DNA of 64,000 bases from Squalus acanthias (GCA_030390025.1 CM059432.1:34722001-34786000), one strand, 5' to 3'; counted from the first letter of the stretch, positions 1 through 12,830 are shown. The notes: a model not told the origin generated them from the sequence alone. Made by a program: numbers and translations.

Positions 1-218
1 TGCTACAGGCACAGACTGGCAGATATGTCCTTCCGGACTCAGCCAGCTTGTTCAGTAGTGGTGCTACAGAGCAATTCTTGGTGATGGACACTGAAGTCCC
101 CCACCCAGAGTATATTCTGTGCCCTTGCTACCCTCAGTGCTTCTTCCAAGTGGTGTTCAACATGGAGGAGTACTGATTCATCAGCTGTGGGAGGGCGGTA
201 GGTGGTAATCAGCAGGAG
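1..218 (-). mobile_element. Non-LTR retrotransposon fragment (RTE-X-like family, endonuclease region); continues at about 3460-3605
   Basis: Near-identical to 30300-30510 of the larger copy; 3460-3605 matches the adjacent 30565-30660 segment. Confidence 0.75.
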
Positions 219-1031
219 TCACTGTCGCCCTCAATTTCTTCGCCAGCGGATCCTTCCAGTCTGCAACAGGAGATTTAGTGAACATCTCGCAGTTCGCTGT
301 CCATCGCTGCATCTGGGAGGTCACAGAGGCTCTCTACAGTAGGAGAAGGGACAACATTTGATCCAGGATAGCGGGCTTCCCCATGGTGCAGGGTGCCATT
401 GACTGCACCCACGTGGCTTTGCAGGCACCACATAACAATCCTGAGGTCTTCCGTAACCGCAAAGGCTACCATTCACTTAATGTGCAGTTGGTTTGCAACC
501 ACAGAGAGTGAATCCTCAATGTGAATGCCCGCTATCCTGGCAGCAGCCACGAGGCCTTCATCCTGCGCCAGACCGGTGTGCCAGCACTCTTCCAGCCATC
601 GCATCAAACTCACGGCTGGCTGGTCGGAGAGAAGGGCTATCCGCTCTCCACCTGGCTCATGATTCCCCTCCGCAACCCCAACACTCTTGCTCAGCACTCA
701 TATAATGAGAGCCATGCTGCCACCAGGAACATCATCGAGCAGACCATCGGGGTGATCAAGCAATGGTTCCGCTGCCTTGACCGCTCGGGAGGAGCCCTCC
801 AGTACACAATGGAGCGGGTGTCCCATTTCATGGTGGTCTGCCATCATGAGGGCCCAGCCCTTGCCACCAGGGATTGCAGGACCACCTCAGGAGGAGGAAG
901 AGGGAGAGGAGGAGGAGGACGAGGTGGAAGAGGTTGATGGGGAGGAACAGGAGCGAGAGAGGAGGCAGCTACTCAATCGGTCTTCTGGAAGGGCAGTCCG
1001 TGATCGCCTCATCAGACTGTGGTTCCAATAA
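219..1031 (+). pseudogene. Harbinger (HARBI1-family) DDE transposase, partial and frameshifted
   Basis: Motifs [60 protein letters not shown]; acidic tail; internal stop and frameshift. Confidence 0.9.
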
Positions 1032-1196
1032 ATTAAACCCCAGATCCCCATTGCTCACCACATCCCCATCATTCCATTCCTGTCGCAGGCCATATCACAG
1101 CGTAAAGCTGAAATGAGAGACACCACAAAATCTTCCAAAGCCAATTAATAGATTTATCAATAATCAGTGGACACATATTTACAACAACAATATGAA

Positions 1197-3098
1197 CTAT
1201 TCAACCTTGTGCAATCCCTTAGTGCCTCTCGTTACTGTGCCTTTGCCTACTCTAGTGCTCCTACAAAGTGTTGGCCCAGTGGCTGCAGCACGGCTGGTGG
1301 AAGGCTGCTGAGTGTCCGTGTGGGAGACTTCAGATGGCCTTGTAGGACGCCTTCAACCAGCTCTGGGCCTGGAAGGCCCGGCTGTAGACTGCACCACCTC
1401 AGCATGGGCAGCAACCGTCTGGGCTGGCTGGATGACAGGCAGCAACAAGGGCAATGGCGGAATGCCAGTGGTGGGAGCAGGAATGCTGTCATCCTGAGAG
1501 AGGACAGCAGGTTCCTGCTCCACTGACCCACTGGCACTCCCCCAGGGCAGCACCTCAGCATCCCTAGCAATCTGTTGGAGCACAGATTGCTGGCCTGCTG
1601 CGACACCGTGAAAGCCCCGGTGGACGGTAGTCGACCCAGCCACGATGGCAGCAGTCAGAGCTTGCGTGTCATCAAGCTGAGACTGCAAGAGAGCAGTCTG
1701 AGAATCGATGGCACCAAGCATAGACTGCATTACAGCTCTACGATGTTGCGTGGCTTCCACCTGTGCTGAAATGGAAGCTGTGACATTGCCCATCACACGC
1801 GGCATTAGGTCTGGGTCGCAACAGTCTCTCTGGGAGTCCACCATCCTCTGCAGACTGCAAATGATGGGCCACATGGTGTGTGCAGAGCTCTGTGCAATGT
1901 TGGAGGCGGACTGCTCTACACTCCTTAACGTTGCTGAGAGGCTCTCATGCACCATTGCTATTGCACCTATCATCTCCGTGTGCATGCCACGCGAGTTCTA
2001 AAGGCCTCCCCATCGAGGTCCTCATCTGAGTCCTGTGCAGCAGAACTCACGTGTGAACTCGCCCTCCGGGGAGCTGGCCCCCGAGCTACCCTTTCCCCCT
2101 GGCCTTGCTGCAGCCCGCTCGTCCCCGGTGCATCACCCTGTGCAGATCCCGCTACTATACTAGCCTCTAAAGAACGCGTAGTGCCAGTATCTGAGCTGGT
2201 GCCTGCGGGTGAGACATGCAGTGACGCGGTGTGTTCGTCGTCCTCCTCTTCTCCCGCCTCGCTCTCTATGGTACCCTCAGGGACAGGCTGCTCAGCTGCT
2301 TGCTCATTATCTGAAAGCATAAAGGCACAAGAGTCAGGTTAAGGTGACGAGAGGGGGGCAGGAAGGGAGAAAGGCATGCATACAGCATGATTAGCTGGAA
2401 AGTGGGAAAGGCTTTTGTGGTGAGGGGGAAGTGGGATGTGAGAAGGAGGAGTAGGGATGAACATACCGTTGTTGTCCCCAAGGGGGTCAATGTCGCCGGT
2501 GGCCACGGCGCCCACCACCTGGCGCCCAATGATTTGCAGCACTCTTTCCTCCAGCTCAGAAAGTGTTTGGGTCTCAGGTTGACCCCGCCTGTGCGCTCCT
2601 GCTCCCTCATACTGTGAGCCACCTTGGCCTGCAAGAGAAAGGAAAGTGTGTGAGCGAGTGTGGAGCAATGTGTTTGGGAGATGTGCCTGCCATAGTTGAA
2701 TAGCTGTCATTGTGTGCAAGGTGTGAGATGTGGGTGTGAGTGTTGGTAGGTGGAGATTGTTGGTGGGTGAGTGCTGGGGGTCTGGTGCTTTGGGCAGTGT
2801 GTGCAGACTGTGGTTCAGATGGTGGTATGTAGCATTTGTTGAAGCATTGACTCACCCTGACCACCCGAGTGAGGTTGTTAAATTTCTTCCTGCACCGTGT
2901 GTGGGTCTTGGGGACCACAGTGCTGCCCGAGACCTGCTGGGCAACCTCCCTCCACATGATGTGGAACACTTGGGGCGAAGGCCTCCTGCCACTTGCCGGG
3001 TAGAGCACCGCCCTCCCTCTCTCCACAGCAAAGACCAACGCCTCCAATGCTTGGTCGCAGAATCTGTGCGCTCTCTCCCTGGGCCGTTGAGCTGCCAT
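1197..3098 (-). pseudogene. Harbinger Myb/SANT-like DNA-binding protein, 3 exons (3098-2856, 2628-2467, 2310-1197), frameshifted
   Basis: RAHRFCDQALEALV...WREVAQQV...CRKKFNNL Myb/SANT motif; GTGAGT and GTATGT donors, CAG acceptors. Confidence 0.85.
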
Positions 3099-4003
3099 AA
3101 TGAAACCTTCTTCAGTGGTCCAGTCCCTTCTCCTTGGCCTTCTGCTGCTAGCTGAGATAGCTGCAGAACCAGCAATGCTGAGAATGAGGTTCTGCAGCAT
3201 GATTGAGCTTTCCCTTTAAGAAATGGAAAAGCCTGTGGCAATGATGACTAGTGATTAGACTGCACCTGAAATTGCTTAGCGCTTTGAGTCTAACGCCACT
3301 GAGCTAGGCCGTTAGCGCTTGATTTAGCGCTCCCATCCTTTCTTTGAGCGATGACACTGAATTTAGCGTGCAGCGAGATTAGCGCCTGGCGCTGAATCTC
3401 AAACTTTTCAGAAGTTAGCGCCCATTCCTGGGCGATAATGAATTTCGCCCCCCCCCCCCCCCAGGGCCACTCCCTCCCAACTGCATACCACCGTGCCACC
3501 ACCTCTGGTGGGTCTGTCCTGCCGGTGGGACAGGACATATCCAGGGATGGTGATGGCGGAATCTGGGACATTGGCTGAAAGATGTGGGCCATCCACTTGA
3601 ACCTTATCCATATGACCCTTCTTCATATGTTAGCCCAGGCAGCAAGTGCCACTGTACTAATCAACTATGAATGGGGCATGACAGCAGTGCTCAATCCTAT
3701 CCTTACTGCACTATACATGTACAAGAAGTGACACTGAGATACACATGAGTTTATAGTACCAGACAGGAATGAATCGTTCCCTCTTACCACTGTGTACTGT
3801 ACATGTACTGGAGCTGACACTGACACACTCAAGTCAGTTTCAACTGAGAAAAAGTAGCCTTGATGCCCTTGGGTATTAAGCTGTCCATCATTCCTTATGT
3901 AATCTAAGGAGTGCTTTATCTGAATGAGACAACCCCTTCCTCAGGATGCAGTGCGGTGTGGCCGGTTGCTCTTGCTGCCTTACAATGTGTATATTTAACT
4001 CAC

Positions 4004-4215
4004 CCTTGGCAGCTCAACCACTCCAATGGATACTGTGGTCATGAGCATCTGGTCAATACTCTGGAGCAGTATCACTATGGTTGGAGATATAGAGGGGGAA
4101 GGGTAGTGAGTGTCAGGGTCAGCACCCTGCAGAAACTTCATAGTTAAGCTGCCATTTGAATCCTTCCAGTGCAGTAAGATAGTCGGGTGTGAAAAGAGGC
4201 CATTGGTTTCTTCAT
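4004..4215 (-). CDS. Candidate internal coding exon (exon 2) of an unidentified gene: DEETNGLFSHPTILLHWKDSNGSLTMKFLQGADPDTHYPSPSISPTIVILLQSIDQMLMTTVSIGVVELPR
   Basis: Pyrimidine-rich acceptor ...tttacacggattctag, donor AGG|gtgagt, 70 open codons, phase-1 start compatible with candidate exon 1 at 12658-12712. Confidence 0.6.
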
Positions 4216-6064
4216 CTAGAATCCGTGTAAAGAAATAACTTAGTCACAGAATCACAGAATCTTGCAGCACAAAAGGAGGCCATTCGGCCCATCGTGTCTG
4301 TGCCGGCTCTTTGAAAGAGCTATCCAATTAGCTCCACTCTCCCACTCTCTCCTCATAGCGCTGCAAATATTTCCTTTGTCATTTATATAGCGCCTTTCAC
4401 AACCTCAGGGCGCCCCCAAAGTGCTTTACAGCCAATTAAGTACTTTTGAAGTGTAGTCACTGTAAGAGACGCAGCAGCCAATATATGCACAGCAAGGCCC
4501 CACAAACAGTAATGTGAGAATGACCAGATCATCTGATGGTTGAGGAGAGGTTAGGCAACTTTCTTTACACAAAGAATATTTTCAATCGCCTAAAGGAGTC
4601 GGAGAGGAATTTTCCAATTTTTTTTTCCCTAATTGGCCTGGGTTTTTATCTGACTTATCACCTTTCCCAGGAGAATACACGGCTCCGGGTGGTTAGGGAG
4701 TTTCTGCTTCATGATACATAAGGTATCACGACTTTATAGGGCAGGCTAGAAGGACCAGGTTGTCTTTTCCTGCCCAACATCTTCGTATGTTTGTAGAACG
4801 TGGAATTCTCTGCCACAAACCATTCTTTCGAAAGGGAGTTAGATAGTTGGTGAAAATAGGGATGTTAAAGAATATGGGAGCCAGTTGGAAAGTGGAATTA
4901 GACTGGATGACTCATGTGGAGAAATATACAGGGACAGGCTGGATGGGCCAATTGACTTTATCTATGTTGTAACATTCTATGATTCCATAATTCTCCAGGC
5001 TCCAAAAACAAAATAAGACATCTGACAGACCTGGACTTCACCAATGAGAACTAAATGAGTCAAAATTCCCTGGGAGGCTCTGCTGATCTTGAGCCACAAC
5101 TTGGGAACTAGCTTGTATCGGGGTCTACTCTGTTCCTGAGAGTTTGGGTCTTGCCTTGGAAGGGGCAGAATCACTGCCCACCCATTACAAGGCAAATATC
5201 ACCTGGGGGAGGGAGGAACTCCCTACATCAAGATTTTCCACGCCATTGGCTCAGTCAGGATCCAGTGTATCTGGGCAGACTGCTACACCAAGTGAGTTGA
5301 CCCATGCTGGCCTCCTGATAGGATAATATGGGCCCCAGGAGTGGGGTCCAGGCTGGTAAAGTGGCCTGGAGTTCCAAAGAAATGACAGAACTTTTAAAAT
5401 GGTCAGTCCCTTACTCAAGCAGCCAAGGAAAACATGCCCGGGACTTAGTCAACTTTCACCAATGGTGGGTGGGTGCCGGAGTTTCTGGCCGTATTAGGCA
5501 GGCGGGAACCAGAAATGTGCCCATCGTGTAACTTGCACACACCTGCCCCCACGCAGATTAGATAGCCTCCCACTGAGTCTCAAACTTCAGCGGAATTGCA
5601 TCCCGACAAATTGTGGTCTCCAACGTCTATCATAGACATTGTCGTATAAATGTTGGTTCATACATTAGGAAATTCAGGGATGAGAAAAAGCTATTCAGCC
5701 CATTGACCTAGTCACCCTAGTACTTTAACTCCCCCCAGCTGAACATCCAACTGTCAGCTTGGCTCACCTGGCACCACTCCCAACTCTGTGTCCAAGGGTT
5801 GTGAGTGCAAGCCACAATCCAGGAGTGCAGGGGTGATGAATTGTCAGAGATGCCGTCCTATCAGAAGATAGGTTAAATTGAGGGCCTGTTCAGATGGATT
5901 TTAAAGAACCTTTGATGCTATTCGACTTCTTGGCCAACTTTCCTCTCTCATAAGAACATAAGAACATAGGAGTAGGAGTAGGCCATTCGGCCCTTCAAGC
6001 CTGCTCCGCCATTCAATAAGCTCATGGCTGATCTTCTACCTCAACTCCACCTTCCCACGCTATC

Positions 6065-6412
6065 GTGGGTTTCCTCCAGGTGCTCCGGTTTCCTCCCACA
6101 GTCCAAAAATGTGCGGGTTAGGTTGATTTGGCTATGATAAATTGACCCTTAGTGTTAGGGGGGGGGATTAAATATGTGGGGTTACGGGGATAGGATGGGA
6201 TATGTTAGGGGGAATTAAATACGTGGGGTTACGGGGATAGGGTGGGATACGTGTCGGTGCAGGCTCGATGGGGATTCTGTGTGGGAAAAGCAGGGACAGG
6301 GTACTGGATTTGGATGATCAGCCATGATCGTATTGAATGGTGGAGCAGGCTCGACGGGCCGAATGGCCTACTCCTGCTCCTAGTTTCTATGTTTCTATGT
6401 TTCTATGTTTCT
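6065..6412 (+). mobile_element. HE1-like V-SINE, 5'-truncated, inserted antisense into the CR1 3' UTR
   Basis: V-domain GTGGGTTTCCTCC.GGTGCTCCGGTTTCCTCCCACA, CR1-like tail, (GTTTCTAT)n end; near-identical to the copy at 37094-37530. Confidence 0.85.
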
Positions 6413-6889
6413 ATCCCCATATCCTTTGATTCCTTAATATCCAAAAATCTATTGATCTCTGTCTTGAATATACTCAACGACTGAGCATCCACAGCCCTCT
6501 GGGGTAGAGAATTCCAAAGATTCACAACCCTCTGAAAGAAGAAATTGCTCCTCATCTCAGTCCTAAATGGCCAACCTCTTATTCTGAGACTGTGACCCTT
6601 AGTTCTAGACTGTCCAGCCAGGGGAAACATCCTCCCAGCATCTACCCTGTCAAGCCCTGTAAGAATTTTATATGTTTCAATGAGATCACCTCTCATTCTT
6701 CTAAACTCCAGAGAATATAGGTTGAGTCTACTCAATCTCTCCTCATAGGACAATCCCCCCATCCCAGGAATCAGTCTAGTGAACCTATGTTGCACTCCCT
6801 CTAAGGCAAGTATATCCTTCCTTAGGTAAGGAGTCCAAAACTGTACACAGTACTCCAGGTGTGGTCTCACCAAGGCCCTATATAATTGC

Positions 6890-7136
6890 ATGATGCGGAG
6901 ATGCCGGTGTTGGACTGGGGTGGACAAAAATGAGAAGTCGCACAACACCAGGTTATAGTCCAACAGTTTTATTTGAAATCACGAGCTTTCGGAGCGCTGC
7001 TCCTTCGTGCTATATGCTATATGCTTTGCTGATTTGTATTCCTTCACTTTACCTGACGAAGGAGCAGCGCTCCGAAAGCTCGTGATTTCAAATAAAACTG
7101 TTGGACTATAACCTGGTGTTGTGCGACTTCTCATTT
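6890..7136. mobile_element. Penelope-derived 247-bp inverted-repeat insertion with 12-bp TSD
   Basis: CTATATAATTGC at 6878-6889 and 7137-7148; about 80-bp inverted repeat; interrupts CR1 ORF2. Confidence 0.85.
7048..7086 (+). ncRNA. Minimal hammerhead ribozyme motif (Penelope-associated)
   Basis: CTGACGA-A-GGAGC-AGC-GCTCC-GAAA: conserved core boxes around a 5-bp stem II. Confidence 0.7.
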
Positions 7137-10100
7137 CTATATAATTGCCGTAAGACGTCTTTACTATTATACCCCAATCCTTTTGTAATAAAGGCTAACA
7201 TACCATTTACTTTCCTAATTGCTTGCTGTACCTGCATGTTACCTTTCTGTGATTTGTGTACAAGGACACCGAGGTCTCTCTGAATAACAACATTTCCCAA
7301 TCTCTCACCATTTAAAAAAAATTCTGCTTTTCTATTTTTCTGACCAAAGTGGATAACTTCACATTTTTCCACATTATATTCCATCTTCCATGTTCTTGTC
7401 CACTCACTTAACCTGTCTATATCCCTTTGTAGCCTCTTTGCATCCTCCTCACAACTTACTTTCCCACCTAGCTTTGTATTGTTAGTAAACTTGGATACAC
7501 GACACCCGGTCCCCTCATCTAAGTCATTGATATAGATTGTAAATAACTGAGGCCCAATCGCTGATCCTTGCGGTACCCCACTAATTACAACCTATAAAAC
7601 CAAAAATGGCCTGTTTATTCCTACTCTCTGTTTTCTGTCTGTTAACCAATCCTCAATCCATGCTAATATATTACCCCCAATCCCATGAGCCCAAATTTTA
7701 TGTAATAACCTCTTGTGTGGCACCTTATTGAATGCTTTCTGAAAATCCAAATACACCACATCTACTGGTTCCCCTTTATCTACTCTGTTAGTTACAACCT
7801 CAAAAATCGCTAACAGATTTGTCAAACACGATTTCCCTTTCATAAATCCGTATTGACTCTGCCTAATCCTTTCATGATTTTCTAAGTGCCCTGTTACCAC
7901 CTCCCTAATAATAGATTCTAGCATTTTCCTACTACTGATACCAGGCTAACTGCTCTATACTTCTCTGTTTTCTCTCTTTAATAGTGGGGTTACATTTGCT
8001 AAGTTCCAATTCGCGGGGACCGTTCTAGAATCTAGCGAATTCTGGAAGATCAAAACCAATGCATTCACTATCTCTGCAGTCACCTCTTTTAAAACTCTAG
8101 GCTATGGGCCATCCGGTCCTGGGGATTTGTCGGTTTTAAGTCCAATTAATTTCTCCAGTACTATTTCTTTACTAATACTAATTTTTATAAGTTCCTCATT
8201 CTTACTAGACCCTTGGTTCCCCATATTTCTGGAATTTTTTTGCGTCTTTTTCAATGAAGACAGGTACAAGTATTTGTTTAATGTCTCTGCCATTTCCTTA
8301 TTCCCCATTATAATTTCTCCTGTCTCTGCCTGTAGTGGACCAACATTTACTTTTGCTAATCTCTTCTTTTTTGCATACCCATAGAAACTTTAACAATCTG
8401 TTTTTATGTCTCGTGCTAGTTTACTCTCATTCTATTTTCTCCCTCTTTATCAATTTCTTGGTAAATTCTAAACTCCTCCCAATCCTCAAGCTTACTACTC
8501 TTTTTGGCAACATTTATAAGCCTCTTCCTTTATTCTGATACTATCTTTAACATCTCTTGTTATCCACGGGTGGACCATTTTTCCCGTGGGGTTTTTATTC
8601 CTTAAGGAAATGTATATTCGTTGTGAATTATGAATTGTTTCTTTAAATATTTGCCATTGCTTATTTACTGTATTACCTTTTAATCTAGTTTCCCAACCTA
8701 CCTTAGCAAACTCGGCTCTCGTACCGATGTAGTTTGCTTTGTTCAGATTTAAGACCCTAGTTTCGGACTTAACTAAATCACTCTCAAACTGAACATAAAA
8801 TTCTATCATTTTATGATGACTGCTCCCCTGTCTTGTTGCACAACACTAGATCTAAAATAGCCTGTTTCCTATTTGGTTCCTCGACATACTGATCTAGAAA
8901 ACTATCTTGAATGCATTCTATGAACTTGTCCTCTGCACTATTACTGCAAATTTGGTTTGCACAGATTTAAGTTTCCCATGATTACTGTATTACCCTTGTT
9001 ACATGCACCTCTAATTTCCTGATTTATACTCTGCCCGACACTACAACAACTGTTGGGGGGCCTATAAACTACTCCGACCAGTCTTTCCTTCCCCTTGTTG
9101 TTTCTTAGCTTCATCGAAAGTGATTACAAATCTTGTTTTTCTGAGCAAAGATCCCTTCTCTCTACTGTCTTTATCCCATCCTTTATTATCATGGCTACCA
9201 CTCACCCCCTCCCCCCCCCCCACCCCACCTCCTTTTCCATTCTGCCTATCTCTTCTAGAAGTCAAGTATCCTGGAAAATTTAGTTCCCAAACTTGGTCAC
9301 TCTGCAACCACGTCTCCGTAATGGCTATTAGATCAAATCCATTTATTTCTACCTGTGCTATTAATTCACCTGTTTTGTTGCGAATGCTTCGCGCATTCAG
9401 ATATCGTGCCTTTAGCTTTAACTTTTTTCTATTTTTCCCTGATGTCACCTTAGTCACTGATGCCCTATTACCTTTGTTAAGCTCTCTGTCCCTTCCTGAC
9501 CCACTCTGTTTATTTTTACCCAAATCACTACTCTGCTCTACCCCCTTGACATTTCTCTTACTGCCTTTGAATTTGCCCTTTCCTGAATCCTCCCACCTCT
9601 CACTTCATTAGTTTGAAGACCTACCTACCGTCCTAGTTAATCGATTCACCAGAACACTGATCCAAGCCTGGTTTAAGTGCAGCCCATCCCAACGGAGCAG
9701 CTCCCTCTTTTCCCCAGTACTGGTGCCAGTGCCCCATGAATTGAAACCCCTGCCACCCACAATAATCTTTCAGCCATGCATTTAACCTTCTAATCTGCTT
9801 GTCTCTATGCCAATTAGCTCTGATTCATTTCAGTGCTGTTTGTGCGATTTTTCTGTGTGCAAAACGGCTACTCAGTTTGCCTGAATAAGTTTGTGTAATT
9901 CATTGTACGTGAAATGCTTGGAGATGCAATAAAGTGATATATAAATGCAGCCCTACCTCCTCTAGAAAAGGCACAATGAGTGACATTCATTTAAATAGCA
10001 ATATATCATAGAATCTTACAGCGCAGTCGGAGGCTATTCGGCACATCATGCCCATGCTGGCTTTTTGCAAGAGCTATCCAATTAGTCCGAGTCCCCCACT

Positions 10101-10443
10101 CTTTCCCCATAGCCCTGAAAATATCTCCTTTTCAAATATATATCCAATTCCCTTTTGAAAGATACTATTGAATCTGCTTCAACCACCTTTCAGGCATTGC
10201 ATTCCAGGTATATAAGCCTCAATCCCACGCTTCTCAATATTCACCCAAATCTCTTCTGAGCTTCCAAGTTGACCCTGCATCAACTACTTTATCTTATAAT
10301 CTCTCAATTAATGTCACCCAAACAGCTCAATCCCCAAAACTAAACAAATCATCAAAAATAGCAGACAGCAAGAAAAGAGAAGTATAAGCAGCCACATACT
10401 TCAAAGCTTCTGCTCCATTTTTTTTTCCTCTTTCAACCTTCAA

Positions 10444-10690
10444 TTGGTAGCACTCTCACCTCTGAGTCAGAAGGTTCAAGCCCCACTCCAGAGACTTGAG
10501 CATATAATCTAGGCTGGTACTTCAGTGCAGTACTGAGAGCGTGCAGCACTGTGAGATCTTCCGTCTTTTGGATGAGATGTTAAACAGAGTCATCTGTCAT
10601 CTGTCATCTTAGGTGGAGGTGAAAGATGGCATGGCACTATTTTGAAGAAGAGCAGAGGAGTTCTCCTAGTTTCCTGGCCAATATTTAGGT
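10444..10690 (+). mobile_element. DeuSINE (SacSINE1-like) copy
   Basis: GGTAGCACTCTCACCTCTGAGTCAGAAGGTTCAAGCCCCACTCCAGAGACTTGAG... shared with copies at 13966 and 60635. Confidence 0.75.
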
Positions 10691-10964
10691 CATGTTTATT
10701 TGCAACACCAGATTTCTGATTGGTCCCCTTAGAGGACAAGACCAGCTTTTTGATTGGTCCCTTGGAGGACAAGACAGTTTGTCTGGCATGTGTAATTATA
10801 TCCTGCTTGCTGGAGGCAATCAATATCTTTGCAATGTGTAATTTGATCCATTCATTGTGACAGCCAGTATCCAGAGCTCACAGTGCTAACACTACTGCTT
10901 TCAGAGAACAGACAGGGCTCACCCTCCTGTGTTAGGAGCACTCACAGCGCTCACACTGCCGAGT

Positions 10965-11370
10965 TCAGATAAGAAGAGGTGAGGCCATGGAGGGATTTTA
11001 ACACGAGGATGAGAATTTTAAAATCAAGGGGTTGGTGGGCAATGCTCCCCATAATTTCTTTTTGGTTACACAGTTCCTTTAACGGGCTGTGTGGCTCATT
11101 CAAAATTTTGTGCATGCGCAAAATCTCCCTATCAAAAGCCGGTAAGCGGCCTGCATGGGACCTCCAGACAGCTGCGTGGCCATACTGCGGGAACATTGTT
11201 GGTGGATCATGAGCCAATGTAGGTCAACGAGCACAAGGGTGATGGGTGAATGGGACTTGCAGCGTGTTAGGATAGGTGCAGCAGAGTTTTTGATGAGCTC
11301 AAGTTCATTGAGGGTGGAAGATGGGAGGCTGACCAGGAGAGCATTGGAATAGTCGAGTCCGGCAAATAAC
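10965..11370 (-). mobile_element. L2 LINE 3' fragment with an unrelated internal segment
   Basis: LDYSNALL...KNSAAPILT...SPITLVLVDLHWL...FKILILVLKSLHGL. Confidence 0.8.
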
Positions 11371-11431
11371 ACATAAATGTAATGTTATGCATGTTGGTAG
11401 GACCAACTCAGAATATGCTCTCAATTTTTAA

Positions 11432-11990
11432 AATGGTTCGGCCTCAACTGGAGTATTGTTTCCGATTCTGGGCACCGCACTTTAGGAAGGATGTGAAGGC
11501 CTTAGAGAGGGTGCAGAAAAGATTTACGAGAATGATTCCAAGGATGAGGGACTTCAGTTACGTGGATAGACTGGAGAAGCAGGGGTTGTTCTCCTTAGAG
11601 CAGAGAAGATTTGATAGAGGTGTTCAAAATCATGAGGAGTCTGGACAGAGTAGATAGAGAGAAACTGTTCCCATTGGCAGAAGGGTCGAGAACCAGCGGA
11701 CACAGATTTAAGGTGATTGGCAGAAGAACCAAAGCCGACATGAGGAAAAACTTTCTTACTCAGCGAGTGGTTAGGATCTGGAATGCAATGCCTAAAAGGG
11801 TGTTGGAGGCAGACTTAATCATGGCTTTCAAAAGGGAGTTGGATAAGTACCAGAAGGAAAAAATTTGCAGGGCTATGGGGAAAGGGCGGGGGAGTGGGAC
11901 TAGCTGAAGTGCTCTTGTAGAGAGCCGGCACAGGCTCGACGGGCCGAATGGCCTTCTTCCATACTGTAACCATTCTACGATTCTATGAAT
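11432..11990 (+). mobile_element. CR1 LINE 3' fragment
   Basis: VRPQLEYCFRFWAPHFRKDVKALERVQKRFTRMI...IEVFKIM; ATTCTA-type tail. Confidence 0.9.
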
Positions 11991-12194
11991 TCATTTATTT
12001 ATTGTCCATCCCTAGTTGCCCTTGAGAGGGTGGTTGTGAGCTGCCTTCTTGAACCGCTGCGGTCTTGGCGGGGGGGGGAGGGGGTGAGAGGGAGAATATG
12101 CTGCAGGTGTAAAGGGGGTGGGGGTGGAAGAACGTGATCCAGGCCTAACAAGTGGGAGGACGCGATCTATCTTCCCATCTAGATCACGTTCTTG

Positions 12195-12655
12195 TTCTCA
12201 TCCCCCCCTCCTTTAAACCGGGATCACGTTCTTCCCCCTTCCCCACTGTTCTCACCGTGCTCCCCCCTATAAGTTTCTAACCTTCTCTCCCCGAGTTTCT
12301 GACCTCCCCCACCCTGAGTTCCTGATCTTCCCCCCGAGCTCCTGACATTCTGCCCGCCCCGAGTTCCTGATCTTCTCTCCCCTCTTCGAGCTCTTCTCCC
12401 CACCCCCCAAGCTCCTGCCCTTCTCCCCCCACTCCGAGTTCCTGACCTTCTCCCCACTCTCTGAACTCCTCTCCCACTCTCCGAGCTCCTCTCTCCCCCT
12501 GTGATGACCTCTCCAAGCTTCTCTCCCCCCCCTTCGATCCTCTCTCTCCCCTGCCTTCAGCCTTCTCTCTACCCCTCTTCGATCCTCTCTCCCCCCACCT
12601 TCGAGCCTCTCCCCCCCAATCCCCTCTCCTTACCCCCGCTCCATCCGATCTCCTG
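12195..12655. repeat. C-rich low-complexity/degenerate tandem repeat (CCCCGAGTTCCTGA-like) at the start of candidate intron 1
   Basis: Repeated ccccgagttcctga/ctctcccc units directly after the candidate splice donor. Confidence 0.8.
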
Positions 12656-12657
12656 AC

Positions 12658-12712
12658 CTTCTCCGCACGGAGCCGAGGAAAGCGTGGCGGTGCAGGCCGC
12701 AGCCATCCCCAT
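12658..12712 (-). CDS. Candidate first coding exon of an unidentified gene: MGMAAACTATLSSAPCGE
   Basis: ATG in a CpG-rich island directly downstream of NRF1 motifs; donor AAG|gtcagg, phase 1, in frame with exon 4215-4004. Confidence 0.55.
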
Positions 12713-12830
12713 CGTTTGGTACTGCGCATGCATGACCGGATCGAGTACGCATTCGCGACCGGATCGAGTGCGCATGCTCAGTACCAAATGCGGGCGCGTG
12801 CACAGAGGGACCAAAACACCGTGGAAATAA
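12713..12830 (-). promoter_or_regulatory. CpG-island promoter with NRF1-like motifs
   Basis: TGCGCATGCA (12723), TGCGCATGCTCA (12769), duplicated GACCGGATCGAGT, high local CpG density. Confidence 0.7.

Larger units (their letters stand above)
219..3452. mobile_element. PIF/Harbinger DNA transposon, left end truncated, decayed
   Basis: Convergent DDE transposase (+) and Myb/SANT gene (-); right end AATTTCGCCCC resembles other Harbinger termini in the window. Confidence 0.85.
5950..9800 (-). mobile_element. CR1 LINE, long decayed copy (end of ORF1, APE endonuclease, RT, 3' UTR)
   Basis: [66 protein letters not shown]-type tail at about 5950-5970. Confidence 0.92.

Noticed and set aside
3830..3905. 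Possible C/D-box snoRNA on the minus strand (ATGATGG...CTGA)
   Set aside because: Imperfect C box, minimal terminal stem and no recognisable rRNA guide
4125..4210. Alternative frame FTPDYLTAL reminiscent of PAXX
   Set aside because: The frame is bounded by stops within the exon and the similarity is only a few residues
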